Shown here: piece after piece, positions 1 through 9,945 of the stretch
Numbering within the stretch: position 1 is the first letter of the stretch
How the letters are laid out: each line of letters starts with the position of its first letter
NCBI GenBank assembly: GCA_016870795.1
Contig: VGAJ01000003.1
Span: 13,236 to 77,235 of the forward strand
Direction: 5' to 3'
Length of the DNA: 64,000 nt
From: Actinomycetota bacterium
GTDB lineage: Bacteria > Actinomycetota > Actinomycetes > Nanopelagicales > Nanopelagicaceae
Position numbers and translations under genes: made by a program
The notes under the pieces: model-generated
The model's input: only the letters and a program-made list of their open reading frames with translations
What the model was told of the DNA's origin: nothing
Databases searched by the model: none

Positions 1-1
1 C

Positions 2-1012
2 AACTTAACTGCTGGAATATCGGCTCTCTCTGTTGCCACCTTGGTGCTGACTGAAAATATCAAGATCTGGCATGTGATGTTCTTTGCCTTCATGCTTGGG
101 ATGGGAAACGCCATCGATGCTCCAGTTCGCCAGAGCTTTAATGTCGAAGTTGTTGGTAAGCAAGATCTACCAAATGCAGTGGGGCTGAACTCCGCAAACT
201 TCAATATTGGTCGCTTGATTGGGCCTGGTTTATCAGGTTTATTAATTGCTGCCTATGGCACTGGGGTCTCATTCCTGCTTAATGGAATTTCGTACTTAGT
301 TGTAATTATTGCGCTGTTTAATATTCGTGAGAGTGAGCTATTTATTGAAGGGAAGAAATCCAGCTCAACCAAGATAAGAGAGGCGATGGCTTATGTTGCC
401 GCTCGCCCAGATATTTTGGCAGTAATGATCACAGTATTTTTTGCAACTAGCTTTGGTCTTAACTTCAATATTTTCAACACCATGATGGCTACTCAAGTCT
501 TTGATAAAGGCGCAGCAGAATATGGCGCGCTTGGAAGTATCTTGGCAGTTGGATCACTTTCGGGAGCAATAATCTCTGCGCGACTTGAGAAAAAGCGTGG
601 CCCAAGATTTGTGATGATTGGGTCGATGATCTTTAGCGCGATCTTAATTCTCTCTGCTTTCGCACCGACTTACTTAGTTTATTCAATCTTGCTTCCAATT
701 ATTGGTTGTGTGGCACTTCTTACCTTCATTGGCGCTAACACGATGGTTCAGCTAAGAACTGATTCGCAGATACGTGGCAGAGTGATGGGAATTTATCTCA
801 CAGTGTTCTTAGGAGGAACTCCTATAGTTTCGCCATTTATTGGAATTATGACTCAGGAAGTTGGAACAAGGCCAACAGTTGCAATCTGCGGGCTAATTTC
901 GCTACTTGCAGCAATTGCTACCTTTGCAAAGTTTAAAGATCGAGGACAGGAACCAGATAGCTTTGCTATTGCAGATGTCTTAGAGCCCACTTATGAGAAC
1001 AAAAAAGACTAA
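2..1012 (+). CDS. MFS transporter (EntS/MFS_3-like), 3' portion; the 5' end lies outside the window
   Basis: The frame is open from the window edge; the track ORF merely begins at an internal TTG at 41. The 323 aa are repeated hydrophobic spans with short loops (GRLIGPGLSGLLIA, TVFLGGTPIVSPFIG), typical of the C-terminal part of a 12-TM MFS pump. Confidence 0.75.
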   Translation, partial: NLTAGISALSVATLVLTENIKIWHVMFFAFMLGMGNAIDAPVRQSFNVEVVGKQDLPNAVGLNSANFNIGRLIGPGLSGLLIAAYGTGVSFLLNGISYLVVIIALFNIRESELFIEGKKSSSTKIREAMAYVAARPDILAVMITVFFATSFGLNFNIFNTMMATQVFDKGAAEYGALGSILAVGSLSGAIISARLEKKRGPRFVMIGSMIFSAILILSAFAPTYLVYSILLPIIGCVALLTFIGANTMVQLRTDSQIRGRVMGIYLTVFLGGTPIVSPFIGIMTQEVGTRPTVAICGLISLLAAIATFAKFKDRGQEPDSFAIADVLEPTYENKKD

Positions 1013-1069
1013 GCTAAAAAGAATTACCAGGGTAACAATTCTTCTCGTCTTATAATTCATTATTTATCC

Positions 1070-2203
<1,134 letters not shown>

Positions 2204-2869
2204 CTATGGGGAGAGTCGCTCAAGACTCCAATTGGAACCGCTTAGATTAAAGCGAAGTCGATCATGCAAGCGTGAATATCGCCCTTGCCAGAATTCAATA
2301 CTGCTTGGCTTAACAAGATAGCCACCCCAATTCTCTGGCTTTGGCACGACGCTGCCTTGCGGGTATTTCTCAGCTAATTCTTTAAAGCGCTCCTCTAAGA
2401 CCTGCCTTGAATCGATAACCTCTGATTGGCTACTAGCAAGTGCGCCAATCTGACTAGACCAGGGACGAGTAGCAAAATATTTCTCTGACTCCGAACTGTC
2501 TATCTTGCTTGCACTTCCTATAACTATTACCTGGCGCTCCATTGGATACCAAGGAAAGAGTAGTGAGACCTTTGGATTTGCTTGAATCTGACGAGATTTA
2601 TCTGATTGATAATTAGTAAAGAAGGTAAAGCCATTTTGATCAACATCCTTTAGAAGTACTGTTCGCGAGCTTGGCCCATCTTGGCCAAGAGTTGATAACA
2701 CCATGGCATTGGCCTCAATTATCATGGAATTTGCTGCAGCCTCTTTTAACCAGAGAGTAAATTGCGCAATTGGATCAGGATTTATTGAGCTTTCAGTAAT
2801 TCCAACCTCGCCATAGGAGCGGCGCATCGCTGATATTGCCTCACGGCTTATCTCTGGGCTCTCTGCCAT
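2204..2869 (-). CDS. pdxH: pyridoxamine 5'-phosphate oxidase
   Basis: Carries the C-terminal signature EFWQGRYSRLHDRLRF and LLFPWYPMERQV. I chose the internal ATG at 2869 (221 aa, MAESPEIS...). The longest ORF (to 2920) would overlap the divergent citrate synthase start and add an atypical extension. Confidence 0.88.
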   Translation of the reverse strand: MAESPEISREAISAMRRSYGEVGITESSINPDPIAQFTLWLKEAAANSMIIEANAMVLSTLGQDGPSSRTVLLKDVDQNGFTFFTNYQSDKSRQIQANPKVSLLFPWYPMERQVIVIGSASKIDSSESEKYFATRPWSSQIGALASSQSEVIDSRQVLEERFKELAEKYPQGSVVPKPENWGGYLVKPSSIEFWQGRYSRLHDRLRFNLSGSNWSLERLSP

Positions 2870-2956
2870 AGGTGTATCTAACGTCACTTTGCCAGCCTTG
2901 GCATCTTTGCCTTGCCTCATTTGGCCCAGCGGGGTATTGAGTGGAGAATACGGCGC

Positions 2957-4072
2957 ATGAATGAAGACTTTAAGCCGGGCCTTGAAGGGGTAATCGCTTT
3001 TGAATCAGAGATTGCAGAGCCGGATAAAGAGGGAAGCGCGCTGCGATATCGCGGCGTAGACATTGATGACCTAGTTGGTCGAGTCACCTTTGGCAATGTC
3101 TGGGGCTTACTAGTTGATGATGAGTTTAATCCTGGTCTTCCAGCAGCAGAACCATTTCCAATTCCAATTCACTCAGGTGATGTAAGAGTTGATGTGCAAT
3201 CAGCAATTGCAATGCTTGCTCCTTCTTGGGGACTAAAGCCGCTTCTAGATATTTCAGATGAAGAAGCTAGAAGCAATCTAGCTAGAGCATCAGTGATGGT
3301 GCTTTCATATGTCGCGCAATCTGCCCGCGGAACTTGGCAGCCAATGGTTTCTCAAGCTGAAGTTGATAAAGCTCATACCGTGGTTGAGCGAATGATGATT
3401 CGCTGGCGAGGAGAGCCAGATCCAAAACATGTCCGCGCAATTGATGCCTACTTTGTCTCTGCTGCAGAGCATGGCATGAATGCCTCAACATTTACTGCAA
3501 GAGTAATTGCATCAACAGGCGCTGATGTTGCAGCTGCTTTATCTGGAGCGATTGGAGCGATGTCTGGACCACTTCACGGCGGCGCTCCTTCAAGAGTTTT
3601 GCATATGATTGAAGAAGTTGAAAGACTCGGAGATGCAAGAGCATATGTAAAAGAGTTATTGGATAAAGGTGAGCGCTTGATGGGATTTGGCCATCGCGTT
3701 TATCGCGCACAAGATCCAAGATCTAGAACGCTTCGTAGAACTTGTGAAGAACTTGGCGCACCTCGTTATCAAGTTGCTAAAGCGCTAGAGGATGCGGCGC
3801 TTGCAGAATTACGTGAGAGAAGACCAGATAGAGTTTTGGAGACAAATGTTGAATTCTGGGCCGCTGTTCTTCTTGATTTTGCTGAAGTTCCAGGACATAT
3901 GTTCACACCAATGTTTACTTCAGCAAGAACTGCTGGATGGTCTGCCCATATCTTGGAACAGAAAAGAACAGGTCGCTTAATTAGGCCATCTGCTCGATAT
4001 ATCGGTAAGGCGCCAAGAAGGCCTGAGGATGTTAAGGGCTGGGATGAGAGCGTTTCAGGACTTCACCTCTAG
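2957..4072 (+). CDS. citA: citrate synthase (short CitA-type)
   Basis: Contains GPLHGGAPS and MGFGHRVYRAQDPR citrate-synthase motifs. Starting at the ATG at 2957 (MNEDFKPGLEGV...) gives 371 aa, the size of the short actinobacterial citrate synthases. Confidence 0.88.
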   Translation: MNEDFKPGLEGVIAFESEIAEPDKEGSALRYRGVDIDDLVGRVTFGNVWGLLVDDEFNPGLPAAEPFPIPIHSGDVRVDVQSAIAMLAPSWGLKPLLDISDEEARSNLARASVMVLSYVAQSARGTWQPMVSQAEVDKAHTVVERMMIRWRGEPDPKHVRAIDAYFVSAAEHGMNASTFTARVIASTGADVAAALSGAIGAMSGPLHGGAPSRVLHMIEEVERLGDARAYVKELLDKGERLMGFGHRVYRAQDPRSRTLRRTCEELGAPRYQVAKALEDAALAELRERRPDRVLETNVEFWAAVLLDFAEVPGHMFTPMFTSARTAGWSAHILEQKRTGRLIRPSARYIGKAPRRPEDVKGWDESVSGLHL

Positions 4073-4133
4073 TCTGAAAAACTAGCGTGTAAAAGTAAGA
4101 GCTTTATAACAAATAAGTAACCGCCCAAGATAG

Positions 4134-4199
4134 CTTGCAGAAGGGGCCCTTTCGTGTTGACGCCATCTTTGTTTAGGGCTGGAATTGCCCTCTCTGCAG
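4134..4199 (+). promoter_or_regulatory. candidate mal operon promoter/operator: CTTGCAG (4134-4140), TTGACG (4157-4162), 17-nt spacer, TGGAAT (4180-4185), CTGCAG (4194-4199)
   Basis: The hexamers are read directly from the sequence. CTTGCAG is, as I recall, the operator core of MalR/Reg1 (LacI family) at Streptomyces maltose/amylase promoters. The -10 element is weak and nothing was verified. Confidence 0.3.
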
Positions 4200-4235
4200 C
4201 CCCTCGCTGTAGATACTTCCATGGAGGAAAAATTA

Positions 4236-5486
4236 ATGAAGAAGAAATTCTTTAGAGGGTTCGCAGTACTAGCAACACTTGCTCTTGCAGCAGGCCTTGC
4301 TGTGACACCTGCACAAGCCAACACGAAGATTGTTGTCTGGGCAGATGAATCACGCGGACCAAATCTTACAAAGACACTAGCAACAAAAGGTGACTGGGTT
4401 CCGGGATATACCGTAACTATCAAGTCATTTGCCAACTTCGATGCGCTAAAAGATGCGATCGATAAGGCAACAGCAACTACTGGTCCAGATATCGTAGTTG
4501 GTGCTAATGACTGGGTTCCAACACTTGCTAAGAATGGAAAGCTAGCTCCATTAACTCTGACCGCTTCACAGCGCGCCAGATTCTCAGCATCCCAGTTCTA
4601 TGATCTTTCTTATAAGAAGAAGTTGTATGGAATTCCAGTTGACGTAAACAACGTGGCAATGATTTACAACACCAAGCTTGTAACTTCCGCACCAACCTCA
4701 TTTGGTGCAATGGTTGATTACTACAAGGCCAATAAGACTTCTAAGAACCTAAAGGCTGGTCTATGTGTAGCCGGTGGCGGTATGTCATGGGGCGCACACT
4801 CAGTATTTTCAGCACTCGGAGCTGATGCTTATTACTTCAATCCAAATGGAACTATAAATAAGGCAAAGTCATTTAATCCAAATGAGTTTGGTGGCAATGT
4901 CAAGAAGTTCCTAATGGATGGCAAGAAGAGCAATGGTTTCTTCCCAGCAACAGATACTGGTTGCAAGGACAACTTCCTAGCTGGAAGCGTTCCTTTCGCA
5001 ATCATTGGAAACTGGGAGTGGAACGATTACAAGGCAAAGGGTTTCACTATGAATCTAATGCCAGTTCCAGGTACTTCAGGTAAGAGTGGAAATGCATTCG
5101 GATCAGTATCTGGTGCACTTCTAACAACATTTGCAGCATCAAATGGCGTAGAGGCAGCAGCTAAGTCTCTACTTGTTGATTTCTTCGGATCAACTGCTGG
5201 TCAGGTTGCTTATCAGTTAAATGAGAAGCGTCCACCAGCTGAAAAGGGTGCTTCAACAGATGCAACAGTTACAGATGGCCAAAAAGGATTTGGCGCCTCT
5301 GCAGCTGCTGCCAGCATTCCTCAGGTTGGAGCAATTTTGAATGGACCTAGCGGCACTAGCTACTGGGATTCAGCTCCTGCTTACTGGACTGCAGTACTAG
5401 TTGATGGCAAGGATCCTGTTAAGGAAGCTAAGAAGTTGGTCGCTATTTGGCGAGCAAATCTCAAAGCTGCCACTAACGATCTGTAG
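4236..5486 (+). CDS. malE: maltose/maltodextrin-type ABC transporter substrate-binding protein
   Basis: ATG at 4236 is preceded by GGAGGA (4224-4229). It has an N-terminal signal-like segment MKKKFFRGFAVLATLALAAGLAVTPAQA. It is a ~416-aa family-1 sugar SBP lying first in an operon with MalF/MalG-like permeases and GH13 enzymes. Confidence 0.85.
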   Translation: MKKKFFRGFAVLATLALAAGLAVTPAQANTKIVVWADESRGPNLTKTLATKGDWVPGYTVTIKSFANFDALKDAIDKATATTGPDIVVGANDWVPTLAKNGKLAPLTLTASQRARFSASQFYDLSYKKKLYGIPVDVNNVAMIYNTKLVTSAPTSFGAMVDYYKANKTSKNLKAGLCVAGGGMSWGAHSVFSALGADAYYFNPNGTINKAKSFNPNEFGGNVKKFLMDGKKSNGFFPATDTGCKDNFLAGSVPFAIIGNWEWNDYKAKGFTMNLMPVPGTSGKSGNAFGSVSGALLTTFAASNGVEAAAKSLLVDFFGSTAGQVAYQLNEKRPPAEKGASTDATVTDGQKGFGASAAAASIPQVGAILNGPSGTSYWDSAPAYWTAVLVDGKDPVKEAKKLVAIWRANLKAATNDL

Positions 5487-5502
5487 TCAGTAGTAAATAA
5501 AG

Positions 5503-5564
5503 TCTTGATCTAAATCAAGATGAAGTAGTTGAACTGACGTGGTTCTTATGGACCACGTCAGTTC
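5503..5564 (+). terminator. tandem stem-loops between the SBP and permease genes (attenuator or mRNA-stabiliser candidate)
   Basis: Hairpin 1: TCTTGAT (5503-5509) / ATCAAGA (5514-5520), 4-nt loop. Hairpin 2: perfect 13-bp stem GAACTGACGTGGT (5531-5543) / ACCACGTCAGTTC (5552-5564), 8-nt loop, followed by GCTTTCTG. Confidence 0.6.
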
Positions 5565-5594
5565 GCTTTCTGCACTAAAGTCAGTTCTAAATAA

Positions 5595-7148
5595 TTGGAG
5601 TTGGTGATACCTCTGCTCTCGATGATTATCCGTGGCAAAGTGGCAACCACGATAAAGGTTGTCTTACTGGCGCTAATTAGCGCTGTTTTATTGACACTGA
5701 CTCAGAGCGCCTTCGCAAAGAAAGAGTATGTAATAGCAGCATTTCTAGCTGCTTCGATATTTGCACTAAATTTCACTTACTTTAGCAAAAGAACTGTTCC
5801 ACTTAAGTTCTTTCTTCCAGGAATTCTACTTCTGGCAGCGTTTGTAATTACTCCAATTCTTTATACCGTGGTGATGTCTACCTATAATTACAAAACTGGA
5901 AATTACATAGGCAAAGAAGAGGCAGTTGAGCGAATTAAAGCGCTAGCCCTTGAGCCCGATGAGAATAACTCAGCTTTTGATATCGTGGTTGGCCAATTTC
6001 AAGAAAGTGATGCGCTACTTGTTTCAGATATCGTTAATGATTTATACTTTATTTCAACCCCAGAGCGAAGAATTGAGCTTAATAAAAACCAAGTAGAGCT
6101 GGATGAGAACCTTGTGGCACAAGGTGTAACTGGATTTATGAGGGCAGATGCAGGTGAGATATCTGCAAGTAAGGCAGCAACAAAACGTTATTTCTATAAC
6201 AGTGAATATTTCATCACTGTGGAGAACTTAAATGTTGGAGCGGTGTTTCGTCAAAGTCTGGAATACTTACCCCAGCAAGATATTTTTCGTAGCCTTATAA
6301 GTGATGCTATTTATCGAGATAATGGCAATGGAAATTATGTAAATCCTGATGATAAATCAGATTTTCTTGAGCCAGGGTGGCGAGATCCGGCTTGGTTTAC
6401 CAACTATGTTCGCCTTGTAAACGATGAACGGGTCAGGGACCCATTAATTTTGGTATTTATCTGGACAGTAGTTTTCGCCACCCTGACTGTTCTGACGCAA
6501 TTTGCCTTCGGACTTCTTTTAGCCCTTGCCTTAAATAAACCAATCAGAGGTCGTCGAATTTATCGATCAATATTGATTCTTCCCTATGCCATGCCGAGTG
6601 TTATGTCGATATTGATCTGGGGCGGTATGTTCAACACAGAATTCGGCGCAGTGAATGAAATATTGGGCAGCAATATTGCCTGGTTCCAAGACCCAACATT
6701 TGCTCGCGTTGCAGTCATTTTGGTAAATCTCTGGCTTGGTTTTCCTTACTTTTATTTAGTCTCTAGCGGTTCCTTGCAAGCAATTCCAAGCGAGTTACTA
6801 GAAGCTGCAGCGATAGATGGAGCAAATCCCAGACAAGTCTTTAGTAAAGTGACGCTACCTTTACTTCTACAGATTCTCTCACCACTTCTAATTGCTTCAT
6901 TTGCTTTTAACTTTAATAATTTCAATTTAATTTATCTCTTAACTGGTGGGGGACCTAGAGAGCAATTAGATGGCGAGATTGCCGGATCAACCGATATTCT
7001 CATTAGCTACACCTACCAAATTGCCTTCGGCAGCAATCTACAAGATTTAGGTTTAGCGAGCGCAATATCAGTTCTAATATTCTTCCTTGTTGCAAGTATC
7101 TCACTTTATGGGGTTAGAAAATCTAAAGTTTTGGAGAGTTTCTCATGA
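5595..7148 (+). CDS. malF: MalF-like ABC sugar permease with a large extracytoplasmic loop
   Basis: 517 aa, with the EAA loop LLEAAAIDGANPRQVF and a ~180-aa hydrophilic insert after TM3, as in MalF. The start is uncertain (TTG 5595, GTG 5604 or ATG 5622). Confidence 0.85.
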   Translation: MELVIPLLSMIIRGKVATTIKVVLLALISAVLLTLTQSAFAKKEYVIAAFLAASIFALNFTYFSKRTVPLKFFLPGILLLAAFVITPILYTVVMSTYNYKTGNYIGKEEAVERIKALALEPDENNSAFDIVVGQFQESDALLVSDIVNDLYFISTPERRIELNKNQVELDENLVAQGVTGFMRADAGEISASKAATKRYFYNSEYFITVENLNVGAVFRQSLEYLPQQDIFRSLISDAIYRDNGNGNYVNPDDKSDFLEPGWRDPAWFTNYVRLVNDERVRDPLILVFIWTVVFATLTVLTQFAFGLLLALALNKPIRGRRIYRSILILPYAMPSVMSILIWGGMFNTEFGAVNEILGSNIAWFQDPTFARVAVILVNLWLGFPYFYLVSSGSLQAIPSELLEAAAIDGANPRQVFSKVTLPLLLQILSPLLIASFAFNFNNFNLIYLLTGGGPREQLDGEIAGSTDILISYTYQIAFGSNLQDLGLASAISVLIFFLVASISLYGVRKSKVLESFS

Positions 7149-7996
7149 CCAAGTGGCTAAGAGAAACCCTATGGCGACATGTTACAGGCTGGATTATGTG
7201 TGCATTTGCAGTATTTCCACTCTACTTAGTCTTCTTATCCGCGTTTAATGAGTCTGGAAGTCTTCAGGTAACTTCATTTCTTCCTAGGGAAATTTCCTTT
7301 GCAAACTTTGATGTTCTCTTTAATGACGAGAGAATTCCCTATCTAACCTGGATGAAGAATTCCCTCATGATTTCTGGGTTTGTAGCAATTGTCTCTGTAG
7401 TAATTGGTGCGGCTTCGGCCTTTGCTTTTAGTCGCCTACGCTTTAAAGGAAAGAAGTTTGGAATCCAACTTCTCCTATTGATTCAAATGTTTCCAGCCAT
7501 TCTGGCTATATCAGCAGTCTATGTAATTATGGAGCGGGTATATAAGTTTGCTCCAAGCCTTGGAATAGGAACTCAAGCGGGCTTGATTTTGATTTATCTA
7601 GGTGGAGCCATGGGTGTAAATATCTGGCTACTAAAGGGCTTCGTCGATTCGATTCCAGCGGAATTAGATGAAGCGGCCAAGATTGATGGAGCTAGCGCTA
7701 TGCAGACTTATTGGCAGATATTTGTGCCCTTAGCTGCGCCAGTCTTAGCAGTTGTTTCACTCTTAAGCTTTATTGGAACATTTAATGAATTTATTTTAGC
7801 TAGATTGTTCTTGATTGAAGTTGAGAGCCGAACAGTTGCTGTTGGTCTACAACAATTTATTGGCGGCCAATATTCTGAGAATTGGGGGCCTTTTGCGGCT
7901 GGATCGATAATTGCCTCAATACCAATCGTGATTATTTTCTTAAGCCTGCAGAAATACATTATTAGTGGCTTAACTGCTGGTTCTGTTAAGGGCTAA
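7145..7996 (+). CDS. malG: MalG-like ABC sugar permease
   Basis: 283 aa, with the EAA loop LDEAAKIDGASAMQTY and six hydrophobic spans. ATGA start/stop overlap with malF. Confidence 0.88.
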   Translation: MTKWLRETLWRHVTGWIMCAFAVFPLYLVFLSAFNESGSLQVTSFLPREISFANFDVLFNDERIPYLTWMKNSLMISGFVAIVSVVIGAASAFAFSRLRFKGKKFGIQLLLLIQMFPAILAISAVYVIMERVYKFAPSLGIGTQAGLILIYLGGAMGVNIWLLKGFVDSIPAELDEAAKIDGASAMQTYWQIFVPLAAPVLAVVSLLSFIGTFNEFILARLFLIEVESRTVAVGLQQFIGGQYSENWGPFAAGSIIASIPIVIIFLSLQKYIISGLTAGSVKG

Positions 7997-9945
7997 TGAA
8001 GCTTTCAAGGCTGGCCTTATTTGTACTACTTGCTTTACTGCTTGCGCCATTTACATCTCTTCATGCCCAAACTCCAAAGGTAGATGTTGCAAGAACCGGA
8101 ATAGATAAAGAGGTTATTTACTTTGTTATGCCAGATCGTTATCGAAATGGCGATTTAAGTAACGATAATCTTCCTGGATTTGATCCAACTCATACCGCTT
8201 TTTTTCATGGTGGCGATTTAAAGGGCCTTACCGGTAACTGCGTTGATGATGATGGCCTAGCAAGATTAAAGAAATTAGGTTTTACTGCCATTTGGCTAAC
8301 TCCATTAGTGGTGCAACAACCACCAACTGATGGTGGCGCTGGATACCACGGTTATTGGGGCGTTGATTTTCTTGGCGTTGATCCTCACTTAGGCAGCAGA
8401 GAAGACTTAATGGCGCTTCGAAACTGTGCCGAAAAGTTGGGATTAAAACTAATTCTTGATGTAGTTACCAATCACACCGGAGACATAGTTTGGTATAACA
8501 ATCGAGATGCCTATATTCCAGATAAGTATAAAAATATAAAGAATCCAAGTTGGCTTAATGAGATAAGTAATTATCATAACTATGGAGATATGAATAGTTG
8601 CTGGAGCCCTGGGGCATGCGTCAGAGATGGTGACTTTTTTGGGTTAGATGACCTAGCTACCGAAAAACCCGAGGTATATAACGGACTTGCTGCAATCTAT
8701 GGCGATTGGATTGAAAAATATGGATTTGTTGGCTTTCGCGTTGATACTGCCAGGCATCTAGATGATCAGTTCTTTAAAAACTGGAGCCCACAGATAAATC
8801 AGATTGCAGAAAAATCAGGCATTGCCAACTTCACAATCTTTGGTGAAGTTTGGGAGCCTAGCCCAATTGCTTTGATGCCATATATCAGAGTTAATAAAAT
8901 GCAAAGCGCTCTAGACTTTCCGTTTCAAAGAGTTGCTGTTGATTACGCTGCCTCTAGTTCTCACGCTTCAATCCTAAAAAATCTCTTCGCCTATGATGAT
9001 TACTACACCAGCGCAACAACCTCAGCTTCAAATCTAGTTACTTTCCTTGGCAATCACGATATGGGGAGAGCAAACTTTCTAATCGAGCGTGTGAAGGTAA
9101 ATCCACCAGGGCAACTTCTCTCTAGAGTAAAACTGGCCAATACTCTGCTCTATCTAAGTCGTGGAGTTCCAACGGTTTACTACGGGGACGAAATCGGAAT
9201 CCTTGGAAGTGGCAATGGTAGAGATCAATTAGCTCGCCAAGATTTATTTCCAACCAAGGTTGAAATTTGGAAGCAAGAGCCCAGAGTTACTGGTAAACCA
9301 GTTGGTAGCGCTGATTCCTTCGCCGATACATTCTCAAATCCCATTGCCAAGCATCTAATCACTTTATCTGAACTGAGAAGAGCACATCCGGCTTTGGCAA
9401 ATGAGCAGATGCAGATTCGATATGCCAAGGGCTCAGTTTTTGCATTTTCAAAGCGAGCAATAAGTGAGAAGAGAGAGTATCTGGTAGTTCTAAACAATAG
9501 CCCCAAGACCAGCACGGTGAAAATCTCAACGGCTTCCAGTGGAAAATGGAGAGATTTAATCAGTGGTAAATTCTTTACTAGTAAGAGCGGTGAGTTAACT
9601 CTCAAGCTAGATGGACTTAGTTCAGCTGTTTTGAGGGCAGAAAGTGAGATAAACCAGAGAGGAATAAAGCTTGGAAATCTCTCTGCAAAAGAGGATTTTC
9701 TAAGTGGTTTCTTTAACGTTTCTTTAAAAGTTGAGAGCAAAGATCTGGCAATAGCAGAGTTCTTTATAAGAACAAAAGGTGATAGCAAATGGAGCACTCT
9801 TGGTGTTGACCTTAATCAACCTTTTAATGTCTTTATTAATCCTTACGAATACTCTGGTCCGATTGAAGTAAAGGCAAGTGTTATTGACTCTAAAGGAGGG
9901 AAAAATGAGCTTCGAGAAATCGCTTTCAATATTGCCACACCATGA
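7996..9945 (+). CDS. secreted GH13 alpha-amylase family enzyme
   Basis: Signal peptide MKLSRLALFVLLALLLAPFTSLHA. GH13 regions DVVTNH, GFRVDTARH, GEVWE and FLGNHD are present. There is a C-terminal ~150-aa beta-rich extension. TAATG overlap with malG. Confidence 0.88.
   Translation: MKLSRLALFVLLALLLAPFTSLHAQTPKVDVARTGIDKEVIYFVMPDRYRNGDLSNDNLPGFDPTHTAFFHGGDLKGLTGNCVDDDGLARLKKLGFTAIWLTPLVVQQPPTDGGAGYHGYWGVDFLGVDPHLGSREDLMALRNCAEKLGLKLILDVVTNHTGDIVWYNNRDAYIPDKYKNIKNPSWLNEISNYHNYGDMNSCWSPGACVRDGDFFGLDDLATEKPEVYNGLAAIYGDWIEKYGFVGFRVDTARHLDDQFFKNWSPQINQIAEKSGIANFTIFGEVWEPSPIALMPYIRVNKMQSALDFPFQRVAVDYAASSSHASILKNLFAYDDYYTSATTSASNLVTFLGNHDMGRANFLIERVKVNPPGQLLSRVKLANTLLYLSRGVPTVYYGDEIGILGSGNGRDQLARQDLFPTKVEIWKQEPRVTGKPVGSADSFADTFSNPIAKHLITLSELRRAHPALANEQMQIRYAKGSVFAFSKRAISEKREYLVVLNNSPKTSTVKISTASSGKWRDLISGKFFTSKSGELTLKLDGLSSAVLRAESEINQRGIKLGNLSAKEDFLSGFFNVSLKVESKDLAIAEFFIRTKGDSKWSTLGVDLNQPFNVFINPYEYSGPIEVKASVIDSKGGKNELREIAFNIATP

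Noticed and set aside
1019-1043. Hairpin AAGAATT...AATTCTT in the only roomy convergent gap (MFS/serC), considered as a bidirectional terminator.
   Set aside because: The stem is a 7-bp AT-rich helix with an 11-nt loop and no clean U-tract. It is too weak to call.
4082-4435. 117-aa minus-strand ORF spanning the malE promoter and the 5' end of malE.
   Set aside because: It overlaps the malE signal-peptide region antisense and has no recognisable features. The region is better explained as promoter plus malE.
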